Assembly (NCBI GenBank): GCA_934757865.1
Contig: CAKVLS010000002.1
Location: 102,973 to 166,972, forward strand
DNA from: an uncultured Clostridia bacterium
GTDB taxonomy: Bacteria > Bacillota > Clostridia > Christensenellales > UBA1242
Length of the DNA stretch: 64,000 bases
Direction of reading: 5' to 3'
Shown: piece after piece, positions 8,747 to 18,324 of the stretch
Layout of the letters: every line of letters begins with the position of its first letter
How positions within the stretch are numbered: the stretch's first letter is position 1
The notes under the pieces: model-generated
What the model was told of the DNA's origin: nothing
Seen by the model: only the letters and a program-made list of their open reading frames with translations
Database searches by the model: none
Position numbers and translations under genes: made by a program

Positions 8747-10561
8747 ATGAAGAAAAAATTATTCGTGGCACTGCTACCAATATTTTTGCTGATGCTAGTA
8801 TTTTTGCCGGTGAGTACATATTCATACGCAGATAGCATAGATTTCATCTTAGACAATGGCGGCTTTTCGAGTGCATCTGAGATGATAGCTTATGACAATT
8901 ACCTATTTGTTACCGATGAGGGAGCGAGTAAAGTCCAAATAATCGACCAAACTACTCTAAAAGTTTACAACTTCGGTAAGAGCGGTATGCAGGACCAAAG
9001 TACTACTACCCCAACACATATCGTTTGTGACAATAATAGCATTTACCTATGCATAGGCAACGGCAATTATATCAAAAAGTTTAACTACAAAGGCGAATAT
9101 CAAGACTTTTATCATGACAGCTACCTAGACAATGATGTGACCAAAAATTTTGAAAAAATAGGTTCGCTTGCACTTGATACATACGGCAACCTATACGCAC
9201 TTAACATTTCTAGCGACTCAAATAACAGCCGTATACTAAAATTCTTTAGCAATATCGTAGATGGCACTGAGACTGGAAGTTTCAAAGCTATATCAATAGA
9301 CAACCTAACTATTGATGATGATTCTACAATACTTATGTCTGCTAGCAGCGATTATATGTTTGTCTGCTCTAGCACTAAGATCACTGTTATTGATTCTAGA
9401 TCATTTACAGTGATTAACACATACTCAATCAATGTTCCTCACACAGATGTAAAAATTGATCACTTAGACAACTTGTATTACCTAAATGGCAACACTATCA
9501 CAAAATTACTAGCTAGTGAATACGCATCTACTGAGACAATCAATCTAGACAAAAGTTACACACATTTTGCTTTCAACCAAGTCAACGGAAAAGTATATTT
9601 TATTGACCAAGAAGATAACAAAATTGTTAATATAGATGTAACCGGAATTGACCATTTGTCAGCTTTTACAAAACCTCGTGAATATCTAAATCAAGCTGAG
9701 CTAAATACTACCAAAGTTCAAATCGCAACACTTACCTCTGGTACAATAGCTTACAACTACCCATATACACTATCTTCTAACATTTCGCTTAATGCTGGAG
9801 ATTGGGCAATAGTTCTTAGTACGCACACATCTAACAACTCTAATTTTTATTACTGTCTAATCACTAACAAAAAGGAATACAACTTAGCTGTATATATTCA
9901 CAAAAACCACCTAAATATTATAGACGATACAATTACTAACCTTGACGGAACTAACCTATTATATAATCAAGCTATCTCTTCTCCACTAGCTAACATATAC
10001 AAGTATCCAACATCTATGCTAGCCGAAGAAGGTGCAAGTAGCGCAATAGTTTACTCACTATCTAGCCTAAATGCTGGCGACAAAATCACCGCAACTAGAT
10101 ACCTAAAAGATTATACAGATTTTAGCGGTTATAGCTTCTACGAAGTAAAATTTGCTGATGGTTCATACGGATACATCAACGCAAACTCACTAGTAAGTTA
10201 CAACACCGAAAAAGAGCCTACCAAGATCAAGGCAAACGCAACAATAGTAACAAGTGACGAAAAAGATTTCGTTAACCTATACACAAAACAAGGCAACAAC
10301 TATGTTTTAGTTAGAGACTTTGTATTACTTAACACTACAAGAGTAAGACTTACATCTAACTATGACAAATCAGCAGAATATACCGAGATAAAATATGTAG
10401 ACAACGGAACTGTAAAAACAGCCTATGTCAAGACTAAGTTTATCCAAGTAGATGGTATAAGCTTTGAGATAATCATCGCAATACTACTTGCAGTTGTATG
10501 CGTAATACTAACTTTAATATTAGTAGTAGTAATAAGAAAAAACAAAAAAGTAGCTAGATAA
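8747..10561 (+). CDS. large surface protein: signal peptide, NHL/beta-propeller-like repeats, SH3b-like domains, C-terminal TM anchor
   Basis: ORF 8702-10561. The start at ATG 8747 gives a clean signal peptide (MKKKLFVALLPIFLLMLVFLPVSTYSYA/DS). Repeated 'G(N)LY...(D)...I.KF' blades are present ('YGNLYALNISSD..SRILKF', 'SIYLCIGNGNYIKKFNYKGEY'). SH3b-like ends include 'YEVKFADGSYGYINANSLV' and 'GTVKTAYVKTKFIQV'. The terminal TM helix is followed by RKNKKVAR. Confidence 0.6.
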   Translation: MKKKLFVALLPIFLLMLVFLPVSTYSYADSIDFILDNGGFSSASEMIAYDNYLFVTDEGASKVQIIDQTTLKVYNFGKSGMQDQSTTTPTHIVCDNNSIYLCIGNGNYIKKFNYKGEYQDFYHDSYLDNDVTKNFEKIGSLALDTYGNLYALNISSDSNNSRILKFFSNIVDGTETGSFKAISIDNLTIDDDSTILMSASSDYMFVCSSTKITVIDSRSFTVINTYSINVPHTDVKIDHLDNLYYLNGNTITKLLASEYASTETINLDKSYTHFAFNQVNGKVYFIDQEDNKIVNIDVTGIDHLSAFTKPREYLNQAELNTTKVQIATLTSGTIAYNYPYTLSSNISLNAGDWAIVLSTHTSNNSNFYYCLITNKKEYNLAVYIHKNHLNIIDDTITNLDGTNLLYNQAISSPLANIYKYPTSMLAEEGASSAIVYSLSSLNAGDKITATRYLKDYTDFSGYSFYEVKFADGSYGYINANSLVSYNTEKEPTKIKANATIVTSDEKDFVNLYTKQGNNYVLVRDFVLLNTTRVRLTSNYDKSAEYTEIKYVDNGTVKTAYVKTKFIQVDGISFEIIIAILLAVVCVILTLILVVVIRKNKKVAR

Positions 10562-10588
10562 CAATTATTTTCTAACTACTTTTTTTAT

Positions 10589-11242
10589 TTATCCAATATT
10601 GTCAGCTATATCATATTCCATTTTTGGTTCGTCTTTTGATATTTTACTAATAGAAATCTCATAAGCAACTCTTGTCTCAACTGTCTCATTAGGCAGTTTT
10701 TTTTGATAATCTCTACTCTGTATTCTGCCTATAATATTAACCTTTTGCCCTACTTCTGCATTTTGGACAAATCTTGCATTTCTGCCCCAAGCTATGCAAG
10801 GCAAATAATCTGACTTGTTATACGCACGATTAACCGCAACAAGTAAGTCACATATCTCCCTCTTAAAAGGCGTAGTTCTGTATATAGGCGGCTTACATAT
10901 GTATCCTGTAATTTCTATTTGGTTAGGGTTTTGGTCGCCAAAATCCTTTTCTACCTCTCTTACAAACACAGTAAGCATTAGCTTGCTTTTGCCATCAATG
11001 AGTTTGTTGTAGCTCCTAAATTGACCTTTTACAAAAATTTCCTTTCCTAATCCAAAGTCATCGTTTGTTAATAGTTTTTCGGATACAGTTATAGGTATAA
11101 TGTCGCTATTGTCAGATAGTCTTTTTACCTCAAGCTCGAGCTCATAAAAACCCTCACCAAATACCTCGTGACTAAATTCAGGCTTTGACACAACCTTTCC
11201 CATCAAAGTTACTTTGTTGTTTTCCATTAGTTCATAATTCAT
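10589..11242 (-). CDS. single-stranded-DNA-binding (OB-fold) protein, tandem-OB type
   Basis: Two OB-like halves: 'NKVTLMGKVVSKPEFSHEVFGEGFYELELEVKR...' and 'IEITGYICKPPIYRTTPFKREICDLLVAVNR...IAWGRNARF...VNIIGRIQSRDY'. There is no canonical acidic D-D-D-(I/L)-P-F tip at the C-terminus. Confidence 0.55.
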   Translation of the reverse strand: MNYELMENNKVTLMGKVVSKPEFSHEVFGEGFYELELEVKRLSDNSDIIPITVSEKLLTNDDFGLGKEIFVKGQFRSYNKLIDGKSKLMLTVFVREVEKDFGDQNPNQIEITGYICKPPIYRTTPFKREICDLLVAVNRAYNKSDYLPCIAWGRNARFVQNAEVGQKVNIIGRIQSRDYQKKLPNETVETRVAYEISISKISKDEPKMEYDIADNIG

Positions 11243-11245
11243 TTT

Positions 11246-12016
11246 TTAATCTCCATTTTTAATTTGTATTCCTTGAGAATTGATGCTGTAATTCTCTTTA
11301 TATATTAGTTCCGAAACAGACACCACTGAGTACCCACGAGATTTGAGTGTCGTAAGTAGCGTTGGCAAAGCCTCTACTATATGGTCAGAATTGTTGTGAC
11401 AAAGTATAATTGACCCTGGCTTAACCTTAGGCAAAACATTAGAACAAATAGTTTGTGCAGAAACACCCTTCCAGTCTAAACTATCTACATCCCACTGCAC
11501 AGTAGTAAGCCCTAGCTTCTCAGCCTCTTCTATACTTGTGTTGTTATAAGCCCCAAAAGGAGACCTAAAAACATTAACTTTCTTGCCAGTGATATTTTCT
11601 AGCTTTTGGTTGGTGGTACTAAGTTCTAAGGCTATTTTGTCACGAGTTAACTTAGTAAGGTCGGGATGAGTGTTAGAGTGAGAACCTATCTCAAAGCCTC
11701 TACTATCTATCTCTTTTACTATATCCTCATATTTATCTATCCAAAATCCTACTAGGAAAAATGTCGCATTGCAGTTGTGTTTTTCAAGTTCGTCCATAAT
11801 TTTACGAGTTTTGTCCGCACCCCATGCTGCATCAAAACTAATGGCTACTTTTTTCTCCTCAGTTTTTACGCAGTAAATAGGAACTTTTCGCATTGATTTT
11901 CCAAAGTACACATCTGCCATACTTGAATTGCTGACATTGATAATCAGCATCAAAATAAGCAAAAAAATTGATAGTCCTATGTATAGATATTTTTTCGGAA
12001 CAACTAAAAATCGCAT
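11246..12016 (-). CDS. polysaccharide deacetylase (CE4 / NodB domain), membrane-anchored
   Basis: N-terminal TM helix. NodB motifs are present: 'ISFDAAWG' (TFDD-type), 'EIGSHSNTHPDL' (H-S-x-x-H) and 'RSPFGAY'. Resembles PdaA/PdaB-type peptidoglycan deacetylases. Confidence 0.85.
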   Translation of the reverse strand: MRFLVVPKKYLYIGLSIFLLILMLIINVSNSSMADVYFGKSMRKVPIYCVKTEEKKVAISFDAAWGADKTRKIMDELEKHNCNATFFLVGFWIDKYEDIVKEIDSRGFEIGSHSNTHPDLTKLTRDKIALELSTTNQKLENITGKKVNVFRSPFGAYNNTSIEEAEKLGLTTVQWDVDSLDWKGVSAQTICSNVLPKVKPGSIILCHNNSDHIVEALPTLLTTLKSRGYSVVSVSELIYKENYSINSQGIQIKNGD

Positions 12017-12156
12017 CTTGTCCTCGCTTTTTATTATATTATTATGCCAAGTAAGCTTTTTATATGTTTTTGTAGAATAATAGCTTTTTTGGGCAGTTTG
12101 TTTTTTTTGTATTACTATATTATATTGATTAGAATTTTGTATTATTCAAAAATTAA

Positions 12157-12201
12157 AAACAAAAAAATGCGATCTAAAAATTAGTTCGCATTTTTTATTT
12201 T
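12157..12201. terminator. bidirectional rho-independent terminator (downstream of parC)
   Basis: Hairpin AATGCGAtCTAA-aaa-TTAGtTCGCATT (12166-12192), flanked by an A-run on the left and a T-run on the right. Confidence 0.6.
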
Positions 12202-12406
12202 ACAATTATATAAATATTCCTATTTTTTATATCAAGCATTTTACTTTTTAATAAGGTTATTTAACTGAGTATATTGATTATCATTGAGCAAATTTTGCTA
12301 TATATATCTATTATAATAATGTTTATTACAATAACACTTATTTACAATAATATCTACCCACTAGGCCTTATAGTAAGTCACTACTTAGTTATCTTGCTAT
12401 AATCTA

Positions 12407-15400
12407 TTATACAAGATATCTATAACCTCTTAGGATAACAGGTGGCTTTTTCATCTTTTCGATAAGTTTACCTTTCCCGGTGCGGTTCTCGATTGGGCAT
12501 ACATCAGTATCTCTACCGTATAGTTTGCCATCATCAGCCTCGCCTACAACAACGAAGTTTTCTTTTACATAGCTTGCATATACAAGCTCTGTGCCGTTGT
12601 CTTTTTCGCTAAGGGTAACTATCTTGATACCCTTTCTGTATCTTGCCATTACATCTATTTGACTAACTACAACTCTCTTAATAAAGCCACGGTTGGTCAT
12701 AACAACTACTTCACCATCTTCGGTTACTTGACCGGCAAATATTACATAGTCGCCAGCATTTAGGTTAATACCTTTTACGCCGCCAGAAATTCTACCTTGG
12801 ATAGGGACATCGCTCTTATCAGCATTAAGTACCATACCACTTCTAGTAACGAATAGTAGTGTTGTTGATTTTTCTTCTACAAAGATATTGATAACTTCGT
12901 CATCATCTTTTAGTTTGATTGCTTGGAAGGTAGATTTTGAAACGCCGTATTCTTTGAAAGATGACTTCTTAACCATACCTTGTTTGGTCATAAAGATTAA
13001 GTTGCCTTTTGGCATATCTTCATCTATTGAGAATATACCACATGGGATTTCGCCCTTATCACATTTAACAACGCTTGCAAATGGTGTGCCTTTGTCCTTA
13101 AATCTAGCCTCAGGGATTGACTTAACTGGCACTTTGTAGCAGTTACCTTTGTTAGTGAAGATGTATGCTGTCTTGTCAGTATCGGTCTTGGTCAAAATCT
13201 TGTGGATTTCGTACAAGTTAGATGTTTCCTTAAACTCTTTTTGACTAGCTCCAAATGCCTTTTTGTTAATAAATTTAATATTATTAACAGCATTTACTGC
13301 GATATAACCTTCAACGACAGCTTCTTTATCATCATCTGCAGGAAGCTCCAAGCTGTCGCTAGATTTTAAAATTATTGACTTTCTGTCACTCTTATATTGC
13401 TTCTTGATAGCCAAAATCTCAGTCTTAACAACCTCAAATTGAGCTTTTTTAGAGTTTACGATAGCTGTTAGTTGTTCTACTAACAATTTGTTTTTCTTGA
13501 TTTCTTCTTGCAAATTGTTTACTTCAAGATTTGTAAGTCTTGCAAGTTTCATATCAAGGATTGCTTGTGCTTGTTTTTCGCTAAGTGAGAATCTATCTCT
13601 CAATCTTTGTTTAGCGGTTGATACATTTGGCGAAGACTTAATAATTTTGATTACTTCGTCAATGTTTTTGATAGCTATAAGTAGTCCTTCTAAGATGTGT
13701 AGACGCTCTTTTGTCCTTTCTAGGTCAAACTTGGTTCTACGAAGAACAACTTCTCTTTGGTACTCGACATAGTATTTGATTATATCAAGTAGCCCCATTA
13801 GTTTTGGCTTGCCATCAGCGATGGCTACCATATTTACGCCAAATGAGCATTGCAAATCAGTGTATTTCAATAAATACTCAACAATAGCTTTCAAATTAGC
13901 GTCTTTTTTAATTTTGATTACAGCTCTTAGTCCGTTTCTATCAGACTCATCTCTTATATCAGAGATGCCGTTTAGAATAGTGTTTTTGTCATCATCACGG
14001 AGTGCGGCTATCTTTTGAAGTACAGCAGATTTGTTAACTTGATAAGGAAGCTCAGTAATTACTACGCTACGCTTATCAGTGCCGTTGCCCTCGATATGCA
14101 TCTTAGCACGCATTATGATTTTGCCTTTGCCGGTAGCAAAAGCTTGCTCTATCTCAGATGTTGGAAGTATAAATCCGCCAGTTGGGAAATCTGGACCTTT
14201 GATATACTTCATCATTTCTTTAAGTGTAATAGATGGTCTATCTATGTATGCTACAACACCGTCAATAACCTCTGCTAGGTTGTGTGGTGGAATATTAGTA
14301 GCAAGACCAACAGCTATACCCATAGCTCCGTTGACAAGAAGGTTAGGGAATCTACCTGGTAAAGTGTCAGGTTCTTTTATTGTGTCATCAAAGTTAAGTG
14401 ACCACTTGACAGTATCTTTATCAAGGTCTCTCAAAAGTTCTAGTGCAAGAGGCGCAAGTCTTGCCTCTGTGTATCTCATCGCAGCGGCTTTATCTCCGTC
14501 TATACTACCGAAGTTACCGTGACCTGTGATAAGTATTTCGTTCATATTAAATGGCTGAGCCATTCTTACCATTGCATCATAAACTGATGTGTCGCCGTGT
14601 GGGTGATATTTACCTAAACAATCACCGACAATACGAGCAGATTTTCTATAAGGCTTGTCTGGAGTAATACCAAGGTCAAGCATTGAATAAAGTATTCTTC
14701 TTTGAACAGGTTTAAGTCCATCTTCTACTCTAGGCAAAGCTCTGTCCATAATAACATGCTCAGAGTAAGGAATCATAGACTCATGCAAAACTTCGTCAAT
14801 GTTCTTATAGAAAAGTCCTTTTCCTTCTCCACCAGAACCGTTAGAATTATCTGCATTTTCATTTGAGTTATTAGTATCTTGAACACCAGTATTTTGCTCT
14901 TGTCCAAAATCTTCTATCTTGTCCTCAAAGAAATCTTCCATTGGTTTCACCCCTTTTTCTTTTTTCATTTTTGCAAGTTTTTGCTCTTCTACTTGCTCTA
15001 AGTTTTTGTTTAATATATCCTCAATTTTTGCCTTGTAATCGCTATTGTCATCCGGCTCATCGTTCTTCGTCTCTTCCGTTTTCGCCGTTTCAGGCTCATT
15101 TTCGGGCTCTACAAAGTCATCTTTGAATATATTACCTAAACTTAACAGTTCAACATCACCCACCATAGCACCTGTTGGGACTTTTTCTGGTTGATGGTCA
15201 TCGGGCTCATTTTCTTCTAAATTATCTTGAGTATTTTCTTGAGTATCTTCTACTTCTTCAAATTCATTTTCTAGTTCGGTCTCTACATCGTCCGCATCTA
15301 TATTTTCTTTGTTAGTATCAATATCATTATCTTGATAGTCATCTTGCGAGCTCTCGTCTACCAGAGCATAAGAAGAGCCTGTTTCTTCGGCTGTCTCTAC

Positions 15401-15988
15401 ATCTTGATTATCTTCTTGTGGCTCATCATAAGACTCATCATCTAAGCTATCTTCATAATCATTTACATTAGCATTTTCTGTTTCAAGAGGCTCATCATTT
15501 GTTACTTGAGCATCTTCAAGATTTTCGTCATAAGGCTCGTCGTCAGTATTTGTCTCTTGGCTATCTGCTGCAAGGCTACTCTCGTCAAGCATTAAGCTCT
15601 CATCGTCTGCCTCTGCATCTTGCGAAGCTGACTCATCTATATTTTGCTCTTCTGCATTTTCGATTATATTTTTATCAATATTGCTATCTGTTATCTCTTG
15701 ACTATCGCCGCTTTCGTTGGATTCGTCTGCAAATGTCTGGATATTGATAGCGTTTTGAGAAGCTTCATTATCTTCTCTACTCATAGTAGAGTCCATATTT
15801 TTTGTATCTTGATTACTATGGACCGCACATAGGTCATCAAGCGATATTTGACCATCTATTGGATTATTGGTTATTGATTCATCAACTTGCTCTTTGGTAG
15901 ACATTTCGTAATACAAATCTTCTAGTCCAAGCTGACCGTCTATAGGGACATTTTGATTTTCATCAAAGTCTTTTTTCTCGTCGTCCAT
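12407..15988 (-). CDS. parC: DNA topoisomerase IV subunit A (ParC) with a ~390-aa hyper-acidic N-terminal extension
   Basis: From residue ~393: '[22 protein letters not shown]', '[17 protein letters not shown]', active-site '[10 protein letters not shown]'. The C-terminal domain resembles B. subtilis ParC ('[23 protein letters not shown]', '[14 protein letters not shown]'). I find no GyrA box (QRRGGKG), so topo IV rather than gyrase. The ATG at 15988 is preceded by AAAGGAGG and the whole 1193-codon frame is open. Confidence 0.85.
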   Translation of the reverse strand: MDDEKKDFDENQNVPIDGQLGLEDLYYEMSTKEQVDESITNNPIDGQISLDDLCAVHSNQDTKNMDSTMSREDNEASQNAINIQTFADESNESGDSQEITDSNIDKNIIENAEEQNIDESASQDAEADDESLMLDESSLAADSQETNTDDEPYDENLEDAQVTNDEPLETENANVNDYEDSLDDESYDEPQEDNQDVETAEETGSSYALVDESSQDDYQDNDIDTNKENIDADDVETELENEFEEVEDTQENTQDNLEENEPDDHQPEKVPTGAMVGDVELLSLGNIFKDDFVEPENEPETAKTEETKNDEPDDNSDYKAKIEDILNKNLEQVEEQKLAKMKKEKGVKPMEDFFEDKIEDFGQEQNTGVQDTNNSNENADNSNGSGGEGKGLFYKNIDEVLHESMIPYSEHVIMDRALPRVEDGLKPVQRRILYSMLDLGITPDKPYRKSARIVGDCLGKYHPHGDTSVYDAMVRMAQPFNMNEILITGHGNFGSIDGDKAAAMRYTEARLAPLALELLRDLDKDTVKWSLNFDDTIKEPDTLPGRFPNLLVNGAMGIAVGLATNIPPHNLAEVIDGVVAYIDRPSITLKEMMKYIKGPDFPTGGFILPTSEIEQAFATGKGKIIMRAKMHIEGNGTDKRSVVITELPYQVNKSAVLQKIAALRDDDKNTILNGISDIRDESDRNGLRAVIKIKKDANLKAIVEYLLKYTDLQCSFGVNMVAIADGKPKLMGLLDIIKYYVEYQREVVLRRTKFDLERTKERLHILEGLLIAIKNIDEVIKIIKSSPNVSTAKQRLRDRFSLSEKQAQAILDMKLARLTNLEVNNLQEEIKKNKLLVEQLTAIVNSKKAQFEVVKTEILAIKKQYKSDRKSIILKSSDSLELPADDDKEAVVEGYIAVNAVNNIKFINKKAFGASQKEFKETSNLYEIHKILTKTDTDKTAYIFTNKGNCYKVPVKSIPEARFKDKGTPFASVVKCDKGEIPCGIFSIDEDMPKGNLIFMTKQGMVKKSSFKEYGVSKSTFQAIKLKDDDEVINIFVEEKSTTLLFVTRSGMVLNADKSDVPIQGRISGGVKGINLNAGDYVIFAGQVTEDGEVVVMTNRGFIKRVVVSQIDVMARYRKGIKIVTLSEKDNGTELVYASYVKENFVVVGEADDGKLYGRDTDVCPIENRTGKGKLIEKMKKPPVILRGYRYLV

Positions 15989-16046
15989 AGTTCCTCCTTT
16001 TACAAAATTTTATTGTTTGATTATTTATTTGTTTGATTTTTAAGTT

Positions 16047-18005
16047 TTAGTCTTCGTTTAGTTTTTCGAAGTTGCTGCTTTCTTTATTGAAGTTTACATA
16101 CTCGCTCAAATATGCTTTACGAGCGTCAATATTATCACCCATTAAGGTTGTTACCATACGTTCAGCGTTAGCAGCATCTTCTACACCTACTCTAAGTAGT
16201 GATCTCTTAGCTGGGTCCATAGTTGTCTCCCAAAGTTGTTCTGGATTCATTTCACCAAGACCTTTGTATCTCTGGATGCTGTAACCCTTACCAAAACGCT
16301 TGATTGCGTCTGGTAGCTCTTTATCAGAATAAACATATTCAACAGTGTCTTTTTTGCTTATCTTGTATAGTGGTGGAAGACCAATATATACATGTCCATG
16401 AGTAAGTAGGTCTTTCATATATCTAAAGAAGAAAGTCAAAAGTATTGCTCTAATATGAGCGCCGTCTTGGTCGGCATCGGACAAAATAATTACTTTATGA
16501 TATTTTAGGTTATCAATATCAAAGTCCTCGCCAATACTTGTGCCAAGAGCACCGATTATTAGTTTAATTTCCTCGTTAGCTAGTACTTGGTCAAGACGCT
16601 TTTTCTCGGCATTAAGAGGTTTACCTCTTAGTGACAAAATAGCTTGGAAACTTCTGTCACGAGCTTGTTTAGCACTGCCGCCCGCAGAATCTCCCTCAAC
16701 TATAAATATTTCGTTTTGTTCTGGCTTTCTACCTGAGCAAACAGCAAGTTTACCGATTAGACTAGAATTTTCTATGCTATTTTTTTGTCTAGAAATTTCC
16801 TTAGCTTTCTTTGCGGCAAGTCTTGTTCTTGCGGCTGATTTTGCCTTATTAATTATTACTTCAACTATCTTTGCATTTTCTTTTTTATCAAAGAATTTAT
16901 ATAGCTCATTGCAAACAATATTTTCTACAATAGTCTTAGCTTCTGGGTTGCCAAGACGAGTCTTTGTTTGACCTTCAAATTGTGTATTACGCATTTTGAT
17001 AGCCAAAATACATGTAATACCCTCTCTAAAGTCCTCGCCCATAAGGTTGGATTCTTTTTCTTTTAGATAGCCTTGCTTTTTGGCGATATCGTTAAGAACT
17101 CTAGTAAGAGCAGATTTTAGACCTGTCTCGTGAGTTCCGCCCTCTGTTGTGCAAATATTATTAACAAATGAAAATACGCTCTCAATATATCCGTCTGTGT
17201 ATTGAATAGCTAGGGCAAGTTTAAGTCCGTCCTCTTCGCTTGCGCCCTCCACATATATTGGAGTATCATGAATAACAGTTTTTGTCTCGTTAAGGTATGA
17301 GATAAAGTCCTTTAGACCGCCATCATACTTATATGAAACATTGCTCTTCTCCTGCTCATCAATAAAGTCAATTTGGACGCCTTTATTAAGAAAAGCAAGT
17401 TCACGAAGTCTTTTTTTGATAACATCAGAAGAAAAAGTATGTCCTTGGAATATTGCGTCATCTGGCAAAAATCTAATAAATGTACCAGTCTTGTTCTCGG
17501 CGCATGTTCCTATCTCTGTAAGAGGCTTTTGGGTAACGCCGCCTTTGATATTGCCTTCACTATCAGGAATAGACGCAAACTCTATCTCATATACTTTTCC
17601 GCCACGCCAAATAACAGCTTTAAGCCATTTACTTAATGCATTAGTAACAGACGCACCAACGCCATGTAGTCCGCCAGAATAGCTGTAGTTAGAATTGTTA
17701 AATTTACCACCAGCATGCAACTGAGTAAAGATTACTTCTGCGCCAGATTTTTTTAGGGTTGGGTGCATATCAACCGGTATACCACGGCCATTATCTTCTA
17801 CACTTACGCTGCCGTCATTATATAAAGTAACAACAATCTTATTGCCGTAGCCGTTAGCTACTTCGTCCATACTGTTGTCGACTATCTCCCACAAAATATG
17901 ATGAACACCTCTACTGCCAGTACTGCCTATGTACATACCAGGTCTAAGTCTTACAGCATCAAGACCTTCTAGTACTACAATATCCTTTGAGCCATACGAT
18001 TCCAT
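16047..18005 (-). CDS. parE: DNA topoisomerase IV subunit B (ParE; GyrB-family)
   Basis: GHKL ATPase and Toprim motifs: 'LRPGMYIGS', 'GLHGVGASV', 'EGDSAGGSAKQARD', 'LRGKPLN', 'DADQDGAHI'. Start at ATG 18005 (MESYGSK) after GAGGGGG; the ORF-track start is a TTG at 18020. The ParE call follows from pairing with the ParC-type A subunit. Confidence 0.8.
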   Translation of the reverse strand: MESYGSKDIVVLEGLDAVRLRPGMYIGSTGSRGVHHILWEIVDNSMDEVANGYGNKIVVTLYNDGSVSVEDNGRGIPVDMHPTLKKSGAEVIFTQLHAGGKFNNSNYSYSGGLHGVGASVTNALSKWLKAVIWRGGKVYEIEFASIPDSEGNIKGGVTQKPLTEIGTCAENKTGTFIRFLPDDAIFQGHTFSSDVIKKRLRELAFLNKGVQIDFIDEQEKSNVSYKYDGGLKDFISYLNETKTVIHDTPIYVEGASEEDGLKLALAIQYTDGYIESVFSFVNNICTTEGGTHETGLKSALTRVLNDIAKKQGYLKEKESNLMGEDFREGITCILAIKMRNTQFEGQTKTRLGNPEAKTIVENIVCNELYKFFDKKENAKIVEVIINKAKSAARTRLAAKKAKEISRQKNSIENSSLIGKLAVCSGRKPEQNEIFIVEGDSAGGSAKQARDRSFQAILSLRGKPLNAEKKRLDQVLANEEIKLIIGALGTSIGEDFDIDNLKYHKVIILSDADQDGAHIRAILLTFFFRYMKDLLTHGHVYIGLPPLYKISKKDTVEYVYSDKELPDAIKRFGKGYSIQRYKGLGEMNPEQLWETTMDPAKRSLLRVGVEDAANAERMVTTLMGDNIDARKAYLSEYVNFNKESSNFEKLNED

Positions 18006-18324
18006 ACATATCCCCCTCAAAAATTTTTGCTTGCATAAAAATACAATATTTTTAACCTAGATACTAAAATCTATCGTCAAAAATTTTGATATAATTTATT
18101 TATTTTTTACGATTTTATTATAACACAATATACTTTATTTTCCTAACAATTTTTGCATAAAAATAAATTTTTTTGACATTATTACAAAGCCAAAAACATT
18201 TGATGTTTTAGTTATGCAAAAATATGCATATTTATGCATTATAAAGCATAAAAATAATGTCAACTAAGCGTCCAAAATATGATAAAAACGTATAACAAAC
18301 ACAAAAAATACATATATATAAAGT

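Noticed and set aside
12017-12406. 390-bp AT-rich gap between the deacetylase gene and parC as an ncRNA gene or prophage att site
   Set aside because: Only a terminator hairpin and promoter-like A/T sequence are recognisable. There is no conserved-looking structure and no repeat matching any other part of the window.
12888-15832. Series of 60-150-aa + strand ORFs inside parC (for example 14079-14522 and 15499-15747), and similar ORFs inside parE, clpC, polA, lysS and the ATPase gene
   Set aside because: All are antisense or shadow frames of long, motif-supported genes. None has an SD or a recognisable motif.
12407-18005. Annotating the pair as DNA gyrase (gyrB-gyrA)
   Set aside because: The A subunit has no GyrA box (QRRGGKG-like heptad) at the start of its C-terminal domain. 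That domain reads like B. subtilis ParC. The locus also lacks dnaA/dnaN/recF context. Topo IV is more likely, though not proven without phylogeny.
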